Below are positions 10,093 to 20,747 of a stretch of DNA of 64,000 nt, one piece after another (position 1 is the first letter of the stretch; each line of letters begins with the position of its first letter). The notes beneath the pieces were generated by a model that was given only the letters and a program-made list of their open reading frames with translations, had not been told where the DNA came from and did no database searches. This DNA is from Methanotrichaceae archaeon. Its GTDB lineage: Archaea; Halobacteriota; Methanosarcinia; Methanotrichales; Methanotrichaceae. Location of the stretch: assembly GCA_963803145.1 (NCBI GenBank), contig CAWDLW010000015.1:64001-128000 (forward strand). Reading direction: 5' to 3'. The translations under genes were made by a program, and so were the position numbers.

Positions 10093-10217
10093 GCCTTGCT
10101 CTCCATAGGGTATCCTGAACTCTTTATCCCTGAACTATTCTTTGAACTTCTTTCCCTTTGATGCTGGCAGAGATAACCTGTATATTCTATGGGCGATCTT
10201 AACATCTCCGGAGTCAA

Positions 10218-11015
10218 GTGATGTCACCTGTTAAACACGTTGCGATATATGGCAAAGGCGGGATAGGCAAGTCATGTACCGCCTCAAACATTGCAGCCGC
10301 CTGCGCTGAAGATGGGAAGAGAGTTCTGATGATCGGCTGTGATCCCAAGAGCGATTCGACCATAACCCTCGTTGGCAGGAGGATACCTACCATGATGGAT
10401 CTCATCCAGCGCGGCGGTGAGATTGAAGAGATAGATGTAGTGTTCAATGGATATAAGGGCGTAAGGTGCATTGAGGTCGGCGGGCCCGAGCCCGGAGTGG
10501 GCTGCGCAGGCCGTGGGATTATAGTAGCGATCGATTTCTTGCGCAAAGTTTCCAAGGCGATGGATGAGGTCGATCTAGTGCTGTATGATGTTCCGGGAGA
10601 TATCGTCTGTGGCGGATTTTCAGCGCCCATCAGAAAGGGGCTCGTAAGCCAGGCGTATATCATTACATCAGGAGAATATATGCCGCTTTATGCAGGCAAT
10701 AATATCTGTCGTGGACTCAAGCGTCTCGCAACTCCTCTGGCGGGAGTAATCTGCAACTCACGAGAGGCAACGGGTGAGCGCGAGATAGCGGAGAACTTCG
10801 CAAAAGAGCTTGGGAGCAGACTCGTTGCCTTCATACCCAAGGTTCCCCTTGTCCAGAAGTGCGAGCGCAGGGGTGTAACCGTTATTGAAGGCGCGCCGGA
10901 TTCTGAGATCGCCCAGGTCTACCGCGCCCTGGCAAAAGAGGTCATGTCCGACTTCAAGGGAAGGATTCCGGAGCCGCTAAGTGATGATAGGCTCAGGGAG
11001 CTGTCTACGATATGA
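10218..11015 (+). CDS. cfbC: Ni-sirohydrochlorin a,c-diamide reductive cyclase, NifH-like reductase subunit
   Basis: [38 protein letters not shown]; overlaps cfbB; no nif cluster nearby. Confidence 0.88.
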   Translation: MMSPVKHVAIYGKGGIGKSCTASNIAAACAEDGKRVLMIGCDPKSDSTITLVGRRIPTMMDLIQRGGEIEEIDVVFNGYKGVRCIEVGGPEPGVGCAGRGIIVAIDFLRKVSKAMDEVDLVLYDVPGDIVCGGFSAPIRKGLVSQAYIITSGEYMPLYAGNNICRGLKRLATPLAGVICNSREATGEREIAENFAKELGSRLVAFIPKVPLVQKCERRGVTVIEGAPDSEIAQVYRALAKEVMSDFKGRIPEPLSDDRLRELSTI

Positions 11016-12400
11016 CTGAAGCACGAGTCCTTCTGGCAGGAGATAGAAGCTCGAGCGGCAAGACAACGATAGTCGCAGGCTTGCTCTCAGCACTTTCCCG
11101 CCGAGGGCTGAAGGTGCAGCCGTTTAAGGTTGCGATGGACTACATAGATCCCAGCTACCATACGTGGATAACAGGCAGATACTGCCGTAACCTCGACGGC
11201 TATCTGATGCCTGAGAGAAATATACGTGAGATCTATTCTCATGCATCTGTTGGCGTCGACATATCCGTTATTGAGGGCGTTCGAGGGCTGTACGAGGGCT
11301 ATGATGGAGATCTTGGCAGCACAGCCCAGATAGCAAAGATGCTCCAAATCCCTGTGATATTTGTTGTGGATTCAAGGAGCATAACACGGAGCGCAGCCGC
11401 ACTTGTCAAAGGCTACATGGATTTCGATCCCGATGTCAAGATAAAAGGCGTCATACTCAACAAGGTCGGCAGTGAGAGGCATGCTCAAAAAGCGCGAAAA
11501 GAGATCGAGCGTTATGCTGGCGTTGAGGTAGTGGGCGAGATTCCCAGAGACGACTCAATGCACCTAGCTATGCGGCACCTCGGCCTGGTGCCCGTCCTTG
11601 AAGGCAAAACGAGGCATGATGGTTTTGTGGAGCGACTGGATAAGATACGTCGGATCGTAGAGGATGGACTGGATATAGATAGAATCATCGAGATAGCGAG
11701 CGATGCCGAGCCGCTGCAGGGTGCTGATCAAGATGCTGATCAAGATCTTTACAAGCCTAACTCCTTGGGAAAGGGACTGAAGATCGGAGTTGCACTCGAT
11801 GAGGCATTCAACTTCTACTATCGCGATAACATCGAGCTAATGGAGCTCTCAGGGGCTGCAGTCGTACCTTTCAGCCCTGTTCGGGATTCAAGCCTGCCAG
11901 ATGTGGATGGCATCTATATCGGGGGCGGCTATCCGGAGCTTTATGCAAAGGAGCTATCAGAGAACGCAAAAATGAGGCAATCTGTTATCCAAGCGCATGA
12001 GGAAGGGCTTCCAATCTATGCTGAATGCGGCGGTCTAATGTACCTTGCAAGGGCGATCGAGTGGGAAAATGAGAGCCACGAGATGGTCGGCCTTGTTCCT
12101 GGAAATGCAAGAAAGGGAACAATCCGTGTGGTAAGCTATGTGAGCGGCAGCATTGTGCGTGATTGTGCGCTTGGTCAAGCGGGAACGCATTTTTTAGGAC
12201 ACGAGTTCCACCATTCAGAGATGGTAATGGATGAGGATGTTGAGTATGCTGTGAAGCTTGATCGAGGCACAGGGATAAAAGATGGCCTCGACGGCGTCAT
12301 CGATGGAAACATGATCGCGAGCTACGCCCATATTCATAGCGCATCCTACAAAGGATTTCCATCAGAGTTCATCAAGGCCTGCAAAAAACGGAAGGTCTAA
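11012..12400 (+). CDS. cfbB: Ni-sirohydrochlorin a,c-diamide synthase (CbiA/CobB family)
   Basis: [50 protein letters not shown]; coupled to cfbC. Confidence 0.9.
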   Translation: MTEARVLLAGDRSSSGKTTIVAGLLSALSRRGLKVQPFKVAMDYIDPSYHTWITGRYCRNLDGYLMPERNIREIYSHASVGVDISVIEGVRGLYEGYDGDLGSTAQIAKMLQIPVIFVVDSRSITRSAAALVKGYMDFDPDVKIKGVILNKVGSERHAQKARKEIERYAGVEVVGEIPRDDSMHLAMRHLGLVPVLEGKTRHDGFVERLDKIRRIVEDGLDIDRIIEIASDAEPLQGADQDADQDLYKPNSLGKGLKIGVALDEAFNFYYRDNIELMELSGAAVVPFSPVRDSSLPDVDGIYIGGGYPELYAKELSENAKMRQSVIQAHEEGLPIYAECGGLMYLARAIEWENESHEMVGLVPGNARKGTIRVVSYVSGSIVRDCALGQAGTHFLGHEFHHSEMVMDEDVEYAVKLDRGTGIKDGLDGVIDGNMIASYAHIHSASYKGFPSEFIKACKKRKV

Positions 12401-12436
12401 ATAAATTGCGACTTCATAAGCAAAAGGTGATGTAAA

Positions 12437-12841
12437 ATGGTGAAGATGCCACCCGAAGTAAGACAAACTCTGGAGAAGCAAAAGCCCGTGCCGTTGGCCA
12501 CATCAAGCAAGGCAGGAGTTCCGAATGTAGTATTCATAGGAGCCATGAAGATATTGGACGACGAGACAATATTGATCGCGGACAACTTCTTCTATAAGAC
12601 GGCAGCCAACCTGAAGGAGAACCCGCAAGTATCTCTTCTCTGCTACAGCTCTGAAACCAAGAAGTCCTTCCAGATCAAGGGCAGGGCAGAAGTCCACATG
12701 AAGGACAAGGTCCATGACGACATGATCCAATGGGTTCATGGGATCAATAACAAGCTTCCTGCCAAAGCTGCTGTGATCGTGAAGATCGAGGAGATCTACA
12801 ATGCGATGTGGGGACCGGCGGCGGGGAAACAGGTAGCCTGA
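12437..12841 (+). CDS. Pyridoxamine 5'-phosphate oxidase-like FMN-binding protein
   Basis: LATSSK.G.PNV, DNFFYKT..NL.ENP, FQIKG. Confidence 0.88.
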   Translation: MVKMPPEVRQTLEKQKPVPLATSSKAGVPNVVFIGAMKILDDETILIADNFFYKTAANLKENPQVSLLCYSSETKKSFQIKGRAEVHMKDKVHDDMIQWVHGINNKLPAKAAVIVKIEEIYNAMWGPAAGKQVA

Positions 12842-12953
12842 TTTAGATCAATCGATTCCCTGCAATAGGTACGAAAGATCAAATTATGCAGGGAGATATA
12901 TTTTTCTTGGTTGAATGAGGTTTAGGGCGAGATTATACAGACTTGTGATAGCA

Positions 12954-13283
12954 ATGGTGAATTACAAAAGACAACACTTTGTTCCTAAATTTTACTTGAA
13001 GTATTTTTCGAGTAATGGACTAATACAAATATACAACACGAAGTCAAAGCAATTTCATGAATTACCTTATGGCTCTGTTTGTGCAAAAGATTATTTTTAT
13101 TCTAAAATTCCAGAAACCGAAAGAAGCTTCTCTCAACTGGAAAGTGAGTGGAATAGGATACTAAGTATTATTATACATGATGCCGATTTAAATAAATTGA
13201 CAAATCAAGATTATACTCTTTTGCTTTTCTTCATAACATTTCAGAACTCGAGAACGAAAAGAGGAAAGATGGAGGTGCGTTAA
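12954..13283 (+). pseudogene. 3'-truncated DUF4238-family gene
   Basis: QHFVPKFYLKYF and VCAKDYFY motifs; AT-rich; stops about 110 codons in, at the junction with a reverse-strand gene fragment. Confidence 0.7.
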
Positions 13284-13455
13284 TATCACCGTATCAATAT
13301 CATGCATGCTTACTCCCGCTTCAGTAAGACGCAACAGTGTGCCTGCTCCGCAATCGAAAAGCAGCTTTTGTTCGTCCTCTATAAGCAGTGAAGATTGCGA
13401 CCGACCAGGCTGCGGGTATACCCACGCCAGTTCCCAGGAGAGTGACCTTGAGCAT
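13266..13455 (-). pseudogene. 5' fragment of RNase Z-like MBL-fold hydrolase, frameshifted and truncated
   Basis: Manual translation MLKVTLLGTGVGIP/(frameshift)QPGRSQSSLLIEDEQKLLFDCGAGTLLRLTEAGVSMHDIDTVILTHLHL, broken inside HxHxDH. Confidence 0.8.
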
Positions 13456-13646
13456 ACGTAATGATATTGTTCGTAATAAATAATAGCATATCGACGAGCG
13501 TTTCAGAATATGTGATAAAGATCAATTAAAATTATGCAAAGACATCTTAGTGACTCTTTTGGTGGCCGGGGGTGGGTTTAAGTAGCTTTAGATGGACTCT
13601 TCCGGCAGGATCAATCGAGAAATTTCAACTTATTTCGGGTGAGAGA

Positions 13647-14903
13647 TTGCAAGAAAGCGTAGTGAAGGATATCAAGCTTGCCGATGAGGGGGAAAAGCGC
13701 ATAGAATGGGCAAGGAGACATATGCCTGTTCTCCAGTCCATCAAGGAGGAGTTCGAGGGGACAAAGCCCCTTAAGGGTGCAAAGATTGTGGCTTGTCTTC
13801 ACGTTACAGTCGAGACTGCCAACCTGATAACAGCCCTTGTAGCTGGTGGGGCCGAGGTAGCTGTCACAGGTTCAAATCCGCTCTCAACACAGGATGATGT
13901 TGCTGCTGCCCTGGCGGCGCGCGGTCTGCACGTCTACGCCTTCAGAGGCGAGAACGAAAAGGAATACTATGAATGTATCAAGAAGGCGCTTGAGCTTAAG
14001 CCGAATGTAACTTTGGATGATGGGGCAGATACCATCGCCATAGTCCATAAGGAATACCCTGAGCTTGCAAAGCAGATGTTCGGAGGCTGCGAGGAGACTA
14101 CTACAGGCGTAGTTCGCCTAAGGGCCATGGCTGATGATGGCGCATTGCTTTATCCGGTAATTGCGGTTAACGACGCCGAGACAAAAATGATGTTTGATAA
14201 CCGCTATGGCACAGGCCAGAGCACATTACATGGGATAATGAATGCAACCAACTTCCTTTTCGCCGGAAAGACAGTGGTGGTTGTGGGCTATGGCTGGTGC
14301 GGACGTGGCTTCGCTATGCGGGCTCGCGGTTTAGGCGCAAACATAATTGTTGTAGAGATCGAGCCTCGAAAGGCTCTTGAGGCGGCCATGGACGGCTATC
14401 GTGTCATGCCAATGATCGAGGCTGCGCCATTGGGAGATCTCTTTGTCACGCTCACAGGCGATATAAATGTGATAAGAAGAGAACACTTCGAGCTGATGAA
14501 GGACCAGGTGATCCTCGCTAACAGCGGCCACTTCAATGTCGAGATCGACATACCTGCCCTCGAAAAGATGGCCTCCGCAGAGACAGAGGTCAAGGAGAAC
14601 ATAAAAGAGTATAGGCTGCTGGATGGGCGTAGACTGTACCTTCTGGCAGAGGGCCGCCTCATCAATCTCGCAGCAGCATTCGGCCATCCCCCAGAGGTCA
14701 TGGATATGTCCTTCGCGAATCAGGCCCTGGCTGTGAAGTACATTGTGGAGAATGGGCGGAAGCTTGAGAGATGCGTCTATAAAGTGCCTGTTGAGATCGA
14801 TCGACGGGTAGCAGAGCTAAAGCTCGCCTCTATGGGACTGAGAACTGAAAAGCTCACGCCTGAGCAGTATAAATACCTACATAGCTGGCAGATGGGAACT
14901 TGA
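13647..14903 (+). CDS. ahcY: Adenosylhomocysteinase
   Basis: [57 protein letters not shown]; likely TTG start at 13647. Confidence 0.96.
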   Translation: MQESVVKDIKLADEGEKRIEWARRHMPVLQSIKEEFEGTKPLKGAKIVACLHVTVETANLITALVAGGAEVAVTGSNPLSTQDDVAAALAARGLHVYAFRGENEKEYYECIKKALELKPNVTLDDGADTIAIVHKEYPELAKQMFGGCEETTTGVVRLRAMADDGALLYPVIAVNDAETKMMFDNRYGTGQSTLHGIMNATNFLFAGKTVVVVGYGWCGRGFAMRARGLGANIIVVEIEPRKALEAAMDGYRVMPMIEAAPLGDLFVTLTGDINVIRREHFELMKDQVILANSGHFNVEIDIPALEKMASAETEVKENIKEYRLLDGRRLYLLAEGRLINLAAAFGHPPEVMDMSFANQALAVKYIVENGRKLERCVYKVPVEIDRRVAELKLASMGLRTEKLTPEQYKYLHSWQMGT

Positions 14904-14913
14904 GGTGTAGATC

Positions 14914-16002
14914 TTGGACCTAAAAAGGGAGAGCGTTGAAGCATACTTGCGCAGTTTCTTCAATGATAAGGATATCAAGCTAGTAAGCATGCTCAGGATG
15001 GGCGAGACAATTCCCACTGCGGATGATGTCAAAGGATTCGGCTATGGGGCCCCACTGCTTCTGGAGTACCTGAGCGATGGAGAGAAAGGCTCCGCAGTGC
15101 TTTCCACAATGAGAGTACAGCACGGCTTCGGCCATGATCACTTCTCCGATAGGGCAAGGATTCTCATCTGGCAGAATGCAGCGTTCAACAAGCTTCCAAA
15201 GCATGTGGAGTCCCTTGATGTCGGATACTTTACCGAGGAAGGAAATCTCATATCAGCGGGCGCTGCCAGGGAATACTTCCTGATGATGAAGAGGATTGAG
15301 GGAAGTGAGTACTTCTATGATCTCGACAGGGTGAAGGATCGTGGTGCGAACGATCTCGATTATGACAGGGTGATCGCGTTAACAAATTATCTGGCAGAGA
15401 TCCATTCTACCAAGAGAGATTGTCCTCCTCTTTACCTGCGCAAGATACGTGAGACTGTAGGGGATGGTGAATGCATCTTCGGCATCTTGGATGATTATCC
15501 GGATAACCCCACGTTTCTTGATCCAGGAGAGCTTTGCGATATTGAAAAGCTCTGTGTAGAATGGCGCTGGAGGCTTCGGGAGAAGGTTAACAGATTATGC
15601 CAGGTACATGGCGATTTCCATCCTTGGAATGTGATGTTCAGGGATGGGGCAGACTTTACGGTTTTAGATCGCAGCAGGGGCGAGTGGGGAGAGGCTGCAG
15701 ATGATATCACTGCTATGGCTATGAACTACATCTTCTACTCCGTTCAGAAAAGCCTCAGACTTTCGGGCGATCTAAAGGACCTCTTTGAGCTGTTCTTCGA
15801 AAACTACATCGATAAGAGTGGCGATGAGGAGCTTCTAGAAGTTGTTGCGCCCTTCTTCGCATTCAGGGCGCTGGTCGTGGCAAGCCCAACATGGTATCCC
15901 TTAATTTCAGATGATGTTAGGAGATCGATTTTCAATTTCCTGGAGAATGTCTTGGGTTCTAAAAAGTTCAACTATAGAGATGTAAACAGCTACCTGGCAT
16001 GA
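14914..16002 (+). CDS. Aminoglycoside phosphotransferase/choline-kinase-like protein
   Basis: VHGDFHPWNV (HGDxxxxN) and LDRS motifs. Confidence 0.8.
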   Translation: MDLKRESVEAYLRSFFNDKDIKLVSMLRMGETIPTADDVKGFGYGAPLLLEYLSDGEKGSAVLSTMRVQHGFGHDHFSDRARILIWQNAAFNKLPKHVESLDVGYFTEEGNLISAGAAREYFLMMKRIEGSEYFYDLDRVKDRGANDLDYDRVIALTNYLAEIHSTKRDCPPLYLRKIRETVGDGECIFGILDDYPDNPTFLDPGELCDIEKLCVEWRWRLREKVNRLCQVHGDFHPWNVMFRDGADFTVLDRSRGEWGEAADDITAMAMNYIFYSVQKSLRLSGDLKDLFELFFENYIDKSGDEELLEVVAPFFAFRALVVASPTWYPLISDDVRRSIFNFLENVLGSKKFNYRDVNSYLA

Positions 16003-16997
16003 AGCTCTATGCCTTCCACCTTTCAGGAGAGCATGAGACCATACCCAGAAGCGAAGCATTAGCACTTCTGGAGATTTGCTCATCGAGGTTCAAGGAGATC
16101 TGCCTCCTCGACCAGTGCCTCCTAGTTGAGGCAGAAGATCTTGATGCCAAGGCACTGGAACTGCGCCTTGGCATGACCCACAGCGTGATCGAGGTTCTGG
16201 CGATCTGCGATGCTGGCCTTGGTCCCCTGGCAGAGGCAGTAAAAGACGTAGAACTTCCAAGAAAACCCTATAGAATCAGGGCTAAGAGAATCAAGCATTC
16301 TGATCTCAAGGCTGACCAAGTCGAACATGAGGTAGGCAAATGGCTTCTCAGGAGGGGCTATAGGGCTGACCTCAAGAATCCTGAGGTCGACCTGAAGGCA
16401 CTGATAACTGAAGAAAAAATCATTTTTGGCATAGAGATTGCACGCCCTGATAGAAGCGGCTTTGAGTATAGACGGCCGCATCTTAAGCCCTTTTTCCATC
16501 CAGGAGTGCTTATGCCCAGGATTGCTCGCGCTCTTGTCAATATCACCCAGGTGCGACCAGGAGAGCGCTTACTTGATCCTTTCGCAGGCACATGTGGTAT
16601 TCTAGTCGAGGCATGCCTTATCGGAATACCATGTGTTGGAGTAGATGTTCAAAGATCGCTTATTCGCGGAGCTTCCGCAAACATCAGCGGTCTGAATTGC
16701 GATCTCGTTTTGGGAGATGCAAAACGTCTGCCGCTCCAGGACAATTCAATTGATGCTACAGTGCTTGATATTCCTTATGGCAGATCAGCACTGATCAGAG
16801 CTAAATCTAAGGATGAACTGCTGAAGGAGAGCCTCGCGGAGCTTAATAGAGTTTTGAAGCCCAACAAGAAAATGGCAATTGTAGCAGATAGGCCAATTGA
16901 TGGCTACTTGAAGGATTCAGGCTTCAATGTAATTGAAATACATGAAGAAAGAGTTCATAGAAGCCTTACAAGGCATATATTTATCGGCAGGAAGTAA
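15999..16997 (+). CDS. trm11: tRNA (guanine10-N2)-methyltransferase (THUMP + MTase)
   Basis: SGEH..IP, RRPHLKPFFHPG.L.PR.ARALVN, LDPFAGTCG, DIPYGRS. Confidence 0.88.
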   Translation: MKLYAFHLSGEHETIPRSEALALLEICSSRFKEICLLDQCLLVEAEDLDAKALELRLGMTHSVIEVLAICDAGLGPLAEAVKDVELPRKPYRIRAKRIKHSDLKADQVEHEVGKWLLRRGYRADLKNPEVDLKALITEEKIIFGIEIARPDRSGFEYRRPHLKPFFHPGVLMPRIARALVNITQVRPGERLLDPFAGTCGILVEACLIGIPCVGVDVQRSLIRGASANISGLNCDLVLGDAKRLPLQDNSIDATVLDIPYGRSALIRAKSKDELLKESLAELNRVLKPNKKMAIVADRPIDGYLKDSGFNVIEIHEERVHRSLTRHIFIGRK

Positions 16998-17369
16998 AGG
17001 CACACTTAATATCGCCATCAAAATTGCTTTCGTCGCGCAATACTGCCGATGGCCTTAGAGCAAACTGATATCGTTGCCATAGAAAGCATAGCAAGTAGCA
17101 GTTTTGTAAGCAATACAATATTTATAAATTTACCTAGAGATGATCGCAATGTTACTGTCATAGGATATGAATTTAAATATCATTGGTAATTTGCTAAAAT
17201 ATTGAAACATAATAGAAGTAAAGAAATACCTATGATCGGAGGGAAAGTACATGCATGTACTGAAATCTGCAATCATCCTCTGCCTCTTGGCGCAATTGGT
17301 CTGCCTTGTATCGGCTGCTGATCTAACTCGAACTTGGGTATCTAAAAGATAGAATAGAAGGAGATTAAT

Positions 17370-18188
17370 ATGGAAACATGGGACTATTACGATCTAGCAG
17401 AGGATCAACTAAAAGCTTTTACTCGATCGGAAGTTAGGACGAAGATCATGCTCCTCTTGAAAGATACTATGGCCACATCGGGAGATCTCGAAGAAAAAAT
17501 GGGCATTCGTTCCACGACGATCCTTCATTCTATGAAGGAGCTCATCAATTCAGGACTGATAACAAAAAAGGATGGCGCCTATTTATTGACAAACGTAGGA
17601 AAAATTCAGGTGCTTCTACTCGATAGGTTGATAGGCGCTATAGTTCTATTGGAACAACAAGAAGAGTACTGGCTAAATCACGATTTGAGCGGAATACCCG
17701 AGGAGCTTCTGGCCAAGATAGGCATGTTAGCCTATTCAGAGAGGATAACTTCGGACCCAACAGCGCCTCTTAAGAGCCTGGAAAAATTTATGCAAGAGCT
17801 ATCAAAATCAAAGGATATACGCGGCGTTTCATCTTTTATTGCTCCTGGATTCCCAGAGTTGATCAGAACCTGCGTTAAGAGCGGTTCGAATGTTGAATTG
17901 ATACTAACCAATACACTTTTAGCCAAAATATCAGAAGATAGTAGCTCAATGGGGAGTGATTTATTGGATTATCCAAACTTTAAGCTGTACCTGTTAGAAA
18001 AGGATATTAATATCGGGTTTACAGTTACCGAGTCTCTTCTGGCTCTGGGGTTATGGAGATTGAATGGAACGATCGATTTAGCAGGCGGCGAACTAATCTG
18101 CATAGGAGAGGATGCTACTGTCTGGGGTAGAGAATTATTCGATTATTATAAGAGTCGTTCTAAACCCATAAACACTTCTAATGCTTAG
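17370..18188 (+). CDS. Winged-HTH transcriptional regulator with DUF1724 (FilR1-like) domain
   Basis: RSEVRTKIMLLL..., YLLTNVG, YWLNHDLSGIP, WGRELFDYY. Confidence 0.85.
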   Translation: METWDYYDLAEDQLKAFTRSEVRTKIMLLLKDTMATSGDLEEKMGIRSTTILHSMKELINSGLITKKDGAYLLTNVGKIQVLLLDRLIGAIVLLEQQEEYWLNHDLSGIPEELLAKIGMLAYSERITSDPTAPLKSLEKFMQELSKSKDIRGVSSFIAPGFPELIRTCVKSGSNVELILTNTLLAKISEDSSSMGSDLLDYPNFKLYLLEKDINIGFTVTESLLALGLWRLNGTIDLAGGELICIGEDATVWGRELFDYYKSRSKPINTSNA

Positions 18189-18325
18189 GAGATTAAATAC
18201 AGCTATAATACATATTGCTTATAAATTCCATATTATCTTCTATAAGTCAAACTGCGGCGGCACCATACAGAGCTTGCTGCAGGGATATTCGTTAAAAAAT
18301 AGCTAAAAATTTTTGATATAGGCCT

Positions 18326-19540
18326 TCAGCTATAGATTGGAGCATAGCCTGCCAGCTCCATATAGCCTAGACCTATTTGCTTTCCAGTGAGATTCCCTGC
18401 TCTGATGCGCACAATGCCTTCCCAATACTTCGGCTCTCCATAGGCTGTGTTCATGGTCTGCTCATCGAAGTAAGGTTCTACAGCATAATTGCCCATAGGT
18501 GTGCTTAAGATCCACTCCAAGGGATACGTGAAGCCAAAGAGATCTGAAGTCCATAGCCTTGTGAAGGTCAAGTTGCTTGCGTCTTTACCGTGCCACCATC
18601 GGACATTGCCTTTTGGATCGATGTAAGTCAGGCTGCGCTGATCTGGGAGGTCGTTATGGAATTCGTCCTTGAAGTTAAACAGCGTCAAGAAGCTTCCATT
18701 ATCAAGGCGCATGCTGAACCAGTCCCATCCAGGATAGCAATTGTTATAGCCTCCCCATTGGTGGTCAAACCAGCTGTCTCCCCTGACTTTTACTTCACGG
18801 CCGTCGATGCTCAGGGTACCGGTGGTGTTCATTGCAGGATGGGAGTAGTAATAGCTTTTTCCCACTATGCTCTTGGGATCGATGCTGGCGCAGGCGCCCA
18901 TGCTGCCGGTTCCATTGGGCCATTCCAGGAAATAACCGTACTTGTCGTTTGTCAGGGTTAAATTCATGGAGATATTATGCCCATGTCCACCATCGCTGGA
19001 TACATTCCCTTTGCTTACAATATTCCAGGCGTCCAAGGCCTTCCAATAGGTAAGAGTCGTCTGAGAATCATTATAGCGCCAGTAATCGCCTTTCTTGGCA
19101 TCGGTACCGTTGATGATTTCAGTCTGGTTGGGCAGTACAAAATACCTGTTGCGAGGATGCTGGCTGTTGAAAACATCGCTAACGGCCACGTGGTTGACAT
19201 AGCCAATAATCCCCGGCATTAGATTCTGATGGAAAAGGGTATACTGGAATCCATAAAGGTTACCTGTCTTGATATCTCTCAAAGCTCCCGACCAGTACAG
19301 CCACTCGACGAAATCGCTGGTGTTTGCTACTACAGACGAAGGCTGATGCAGCAGGTGATCTGCAGGAAAATCGAAGACTGAACTGGCATTTCCATCGCCC
19401 TTTATAGTCATGGCCGTGGAATCTTTCGCTGAAGGATTTATAGCAGCATCAGCAACAGAAAAAGATATTATCGCTATAGTCAAGCAACTTACAAGGATAA
19501 TGGCTATGACTAAGCTGTACCGATCATTATTCGGTTTCAT
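18326..19540 (-). CDS. Secreted CrtC/AttH-like lipocalin-fold protein
   Basis: Signal peptide; FPADH, EWLYWSG, SYYYSHP, WFDHQWG, GWDWFS, YWEG, GYMELAGY. Confidence 0.85.
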   Translation of the reverse strand: MKPNNDRYSLVIAIILVSCLTIAIISFSVADAAINPSAKDSTAMTIKGDGNASSVFDFPADHLLHQPSSVVANTSDFVEWLYWSGALRDIKTGNLYGFQYTLFHQNLMPGIIGYVNHVAVSDVFNSQHPRNRYFVLPNQTEIINGTDAKKGDYWRYNDSQTTLTYWKALDAWNIVSKGNVSSDGGHGHNISMNLTLTNDKYGYFLEWPNGTGSMGACASIDPKSIVGKSYYYSHPAMNTTGTLSIDGREVKVRGDSWFDHQWGGYNNCYPGWDWFSMRLDNGSFLTLFNFKDEFHNDLPDQRSLTYIDPKGNVRWWHGKDASNLTFTRLWTSDLFGFTYPLEWILSTPMGNYAVEPYFDEQTMNTAYGEPKYWEGIVRIRAGNLTGKQIGLGYMELAGYAPIYS

Positions 19541-19637
19541 CTTTACTCCTCATGAATTTATCGATTGATAACTCATATATCGCAAATAAAACTTTCGGAG
19601 TCAAACTGCCTCGGCTGAGAGACTCGGAAGTTAATAA

Positions 19638-19655
19638 TAGTTAGATATCTAACTA
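19638..19655. promoter_or_regulatory. Perfect 18-bp palindrome, candidate operator
   Basis: TAGTTAGAT|ATCTAACTA between divergent genes. Confidence 0.55.
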
Positions 19656-19754
19656 ATTGCAATCGTTGCTAAAAATTACCCGGCGATATGGGCTTATTGT
19701 TCCTGCATCATGACCAGCAGCGCTAATCCCCTCCGGGATAACGAGGTATGACAA

Positions 19755-20693
19755 ATGAAAGAACTCTCGCCCAAAAAGAGCGCTTTAAATTCAAAAAATA
19801 AGCACTCTCTTGGAAAATCAAGAGGTGTAACGAAAAGTAGCATAGCTATTGGAATGATTATCACGCTCATTATTTTATCACTCTATTCGGTATTGGCTTT
19901 TGCAGATGTATCCAAAGATATGAAAGAATCATCTCCCAATGAGAAAGAGGTCGTCGAGCTGCTGAAAAGTATCGAGACAAAAGACCCAAAGCCCCTCGCC
20001 TACATCAACCCAAACAAATACATCCAGCATAATCTGACTACTGCTGATGGGCTTGCAGGCTTCCTTGCGCTCATACAACAGCTACCCCCGGGATCAGCAA
20101 AAGTGAACACGGTGCGCGTGTTCGAGGATGGAGACTATGTTTTCGCTCACACGGATTATAATTTATTTGGCCCGAAGGTTGGGTTCGATATCTTCCGCTT
20201 TGAATCGGGCAAAATCGTAGAGCACTGGGATAATCTTCAAGAGAGACCTTCTGGAGTCAACCCCGGCGGGCATACGATGATAGATGGGCCGGTCGATGTT
20301 AGTGACACCGAACTAACTGATTCAAATATAAAGCTTGTCAGGCAGTTCGTAGACGACATCCTTGTCAACGGTAAGATGGACCGGCTTTCAGGCTACTTCG
20401 ATAGTGGCCACTATATTGAGCACAATCCCAGCATCGGTGACGGGCTGTCAGGGCTCAATGAAGCGCTCAATGCTATGGCAGCACAAGGCATAGTCACGAA
20501 ATACGACAAGATTCACATGATCCTCGGGGAAGGCAATTTCGTGCTAGTTGTGAGCGAAGGCAGCTTAGGGAACATGCCCATGTCCTTCTATGATCTATTC
20601 CGTGTTGAGAATGGCAAGATTGCCGAGCACTGGGATACCAACGAGGTCATTCCCCCACGAGAGTCTTGGAAGAACAATAATGGTAAATTTTAG
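19755..20693 (+). CDS. Tandem SnoaL/NTF2-like protein with N-terminal hydrophobic segment
   Basis: Two repeats: YIQHN..ADG...DIFRFE.GKIVEHWD and YIEHNP..GDG...DLFRVENGKIAEHWD. Confidence 0.88.
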   Translation: MKELSPKKSALNSKNKHSLGKSRGVTKSSIAIGMIITLIILSLYSVLAFADVSKDMKESSPNEKEVVELLKSIETKDPKPLAYINPNKYIQHNLTTADGLAGFLALIQQLPPGSAKVNTVRVFEDGDYVFAHTDYNLFGPKVGFDIFRFESGKIVEHWDNLQERPSGVNPGGHTMIDGPVDVSDTELTDSNIKLVRQFVDDILVNGKMDRLSGYFDSGHYIEHNPSIGDGLSGLNEALNAMAAQGIVTKYDKIHMILGEGNFVLVVSEGSLGNMPMSFYDLFRVENGKIAEHWDTNEVIPPRESWKNNNGKF

Positions 20694-20747
20694 ATAAATA
20701 GCAGGGTTGGGACATTTATATAAAATATATGTAGATGAAATTGCGTT

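Noticed and set aside
10218-11015. nifH / nitrogen fixation
   Set aside because: Coupled to cfbB with no nifDK, so it is CfbC of F430 synthesis.
11722-11745. 12-bp in-frame duplication (ADQD twice) in cfbB
   Set aside because: Falls in the interdomain linker; probably neutral slippage.
13572-13646. Longer ahcY N-terminus
   Set aside because: Covers the probable promoter and RBS; TTG13647 fits better.
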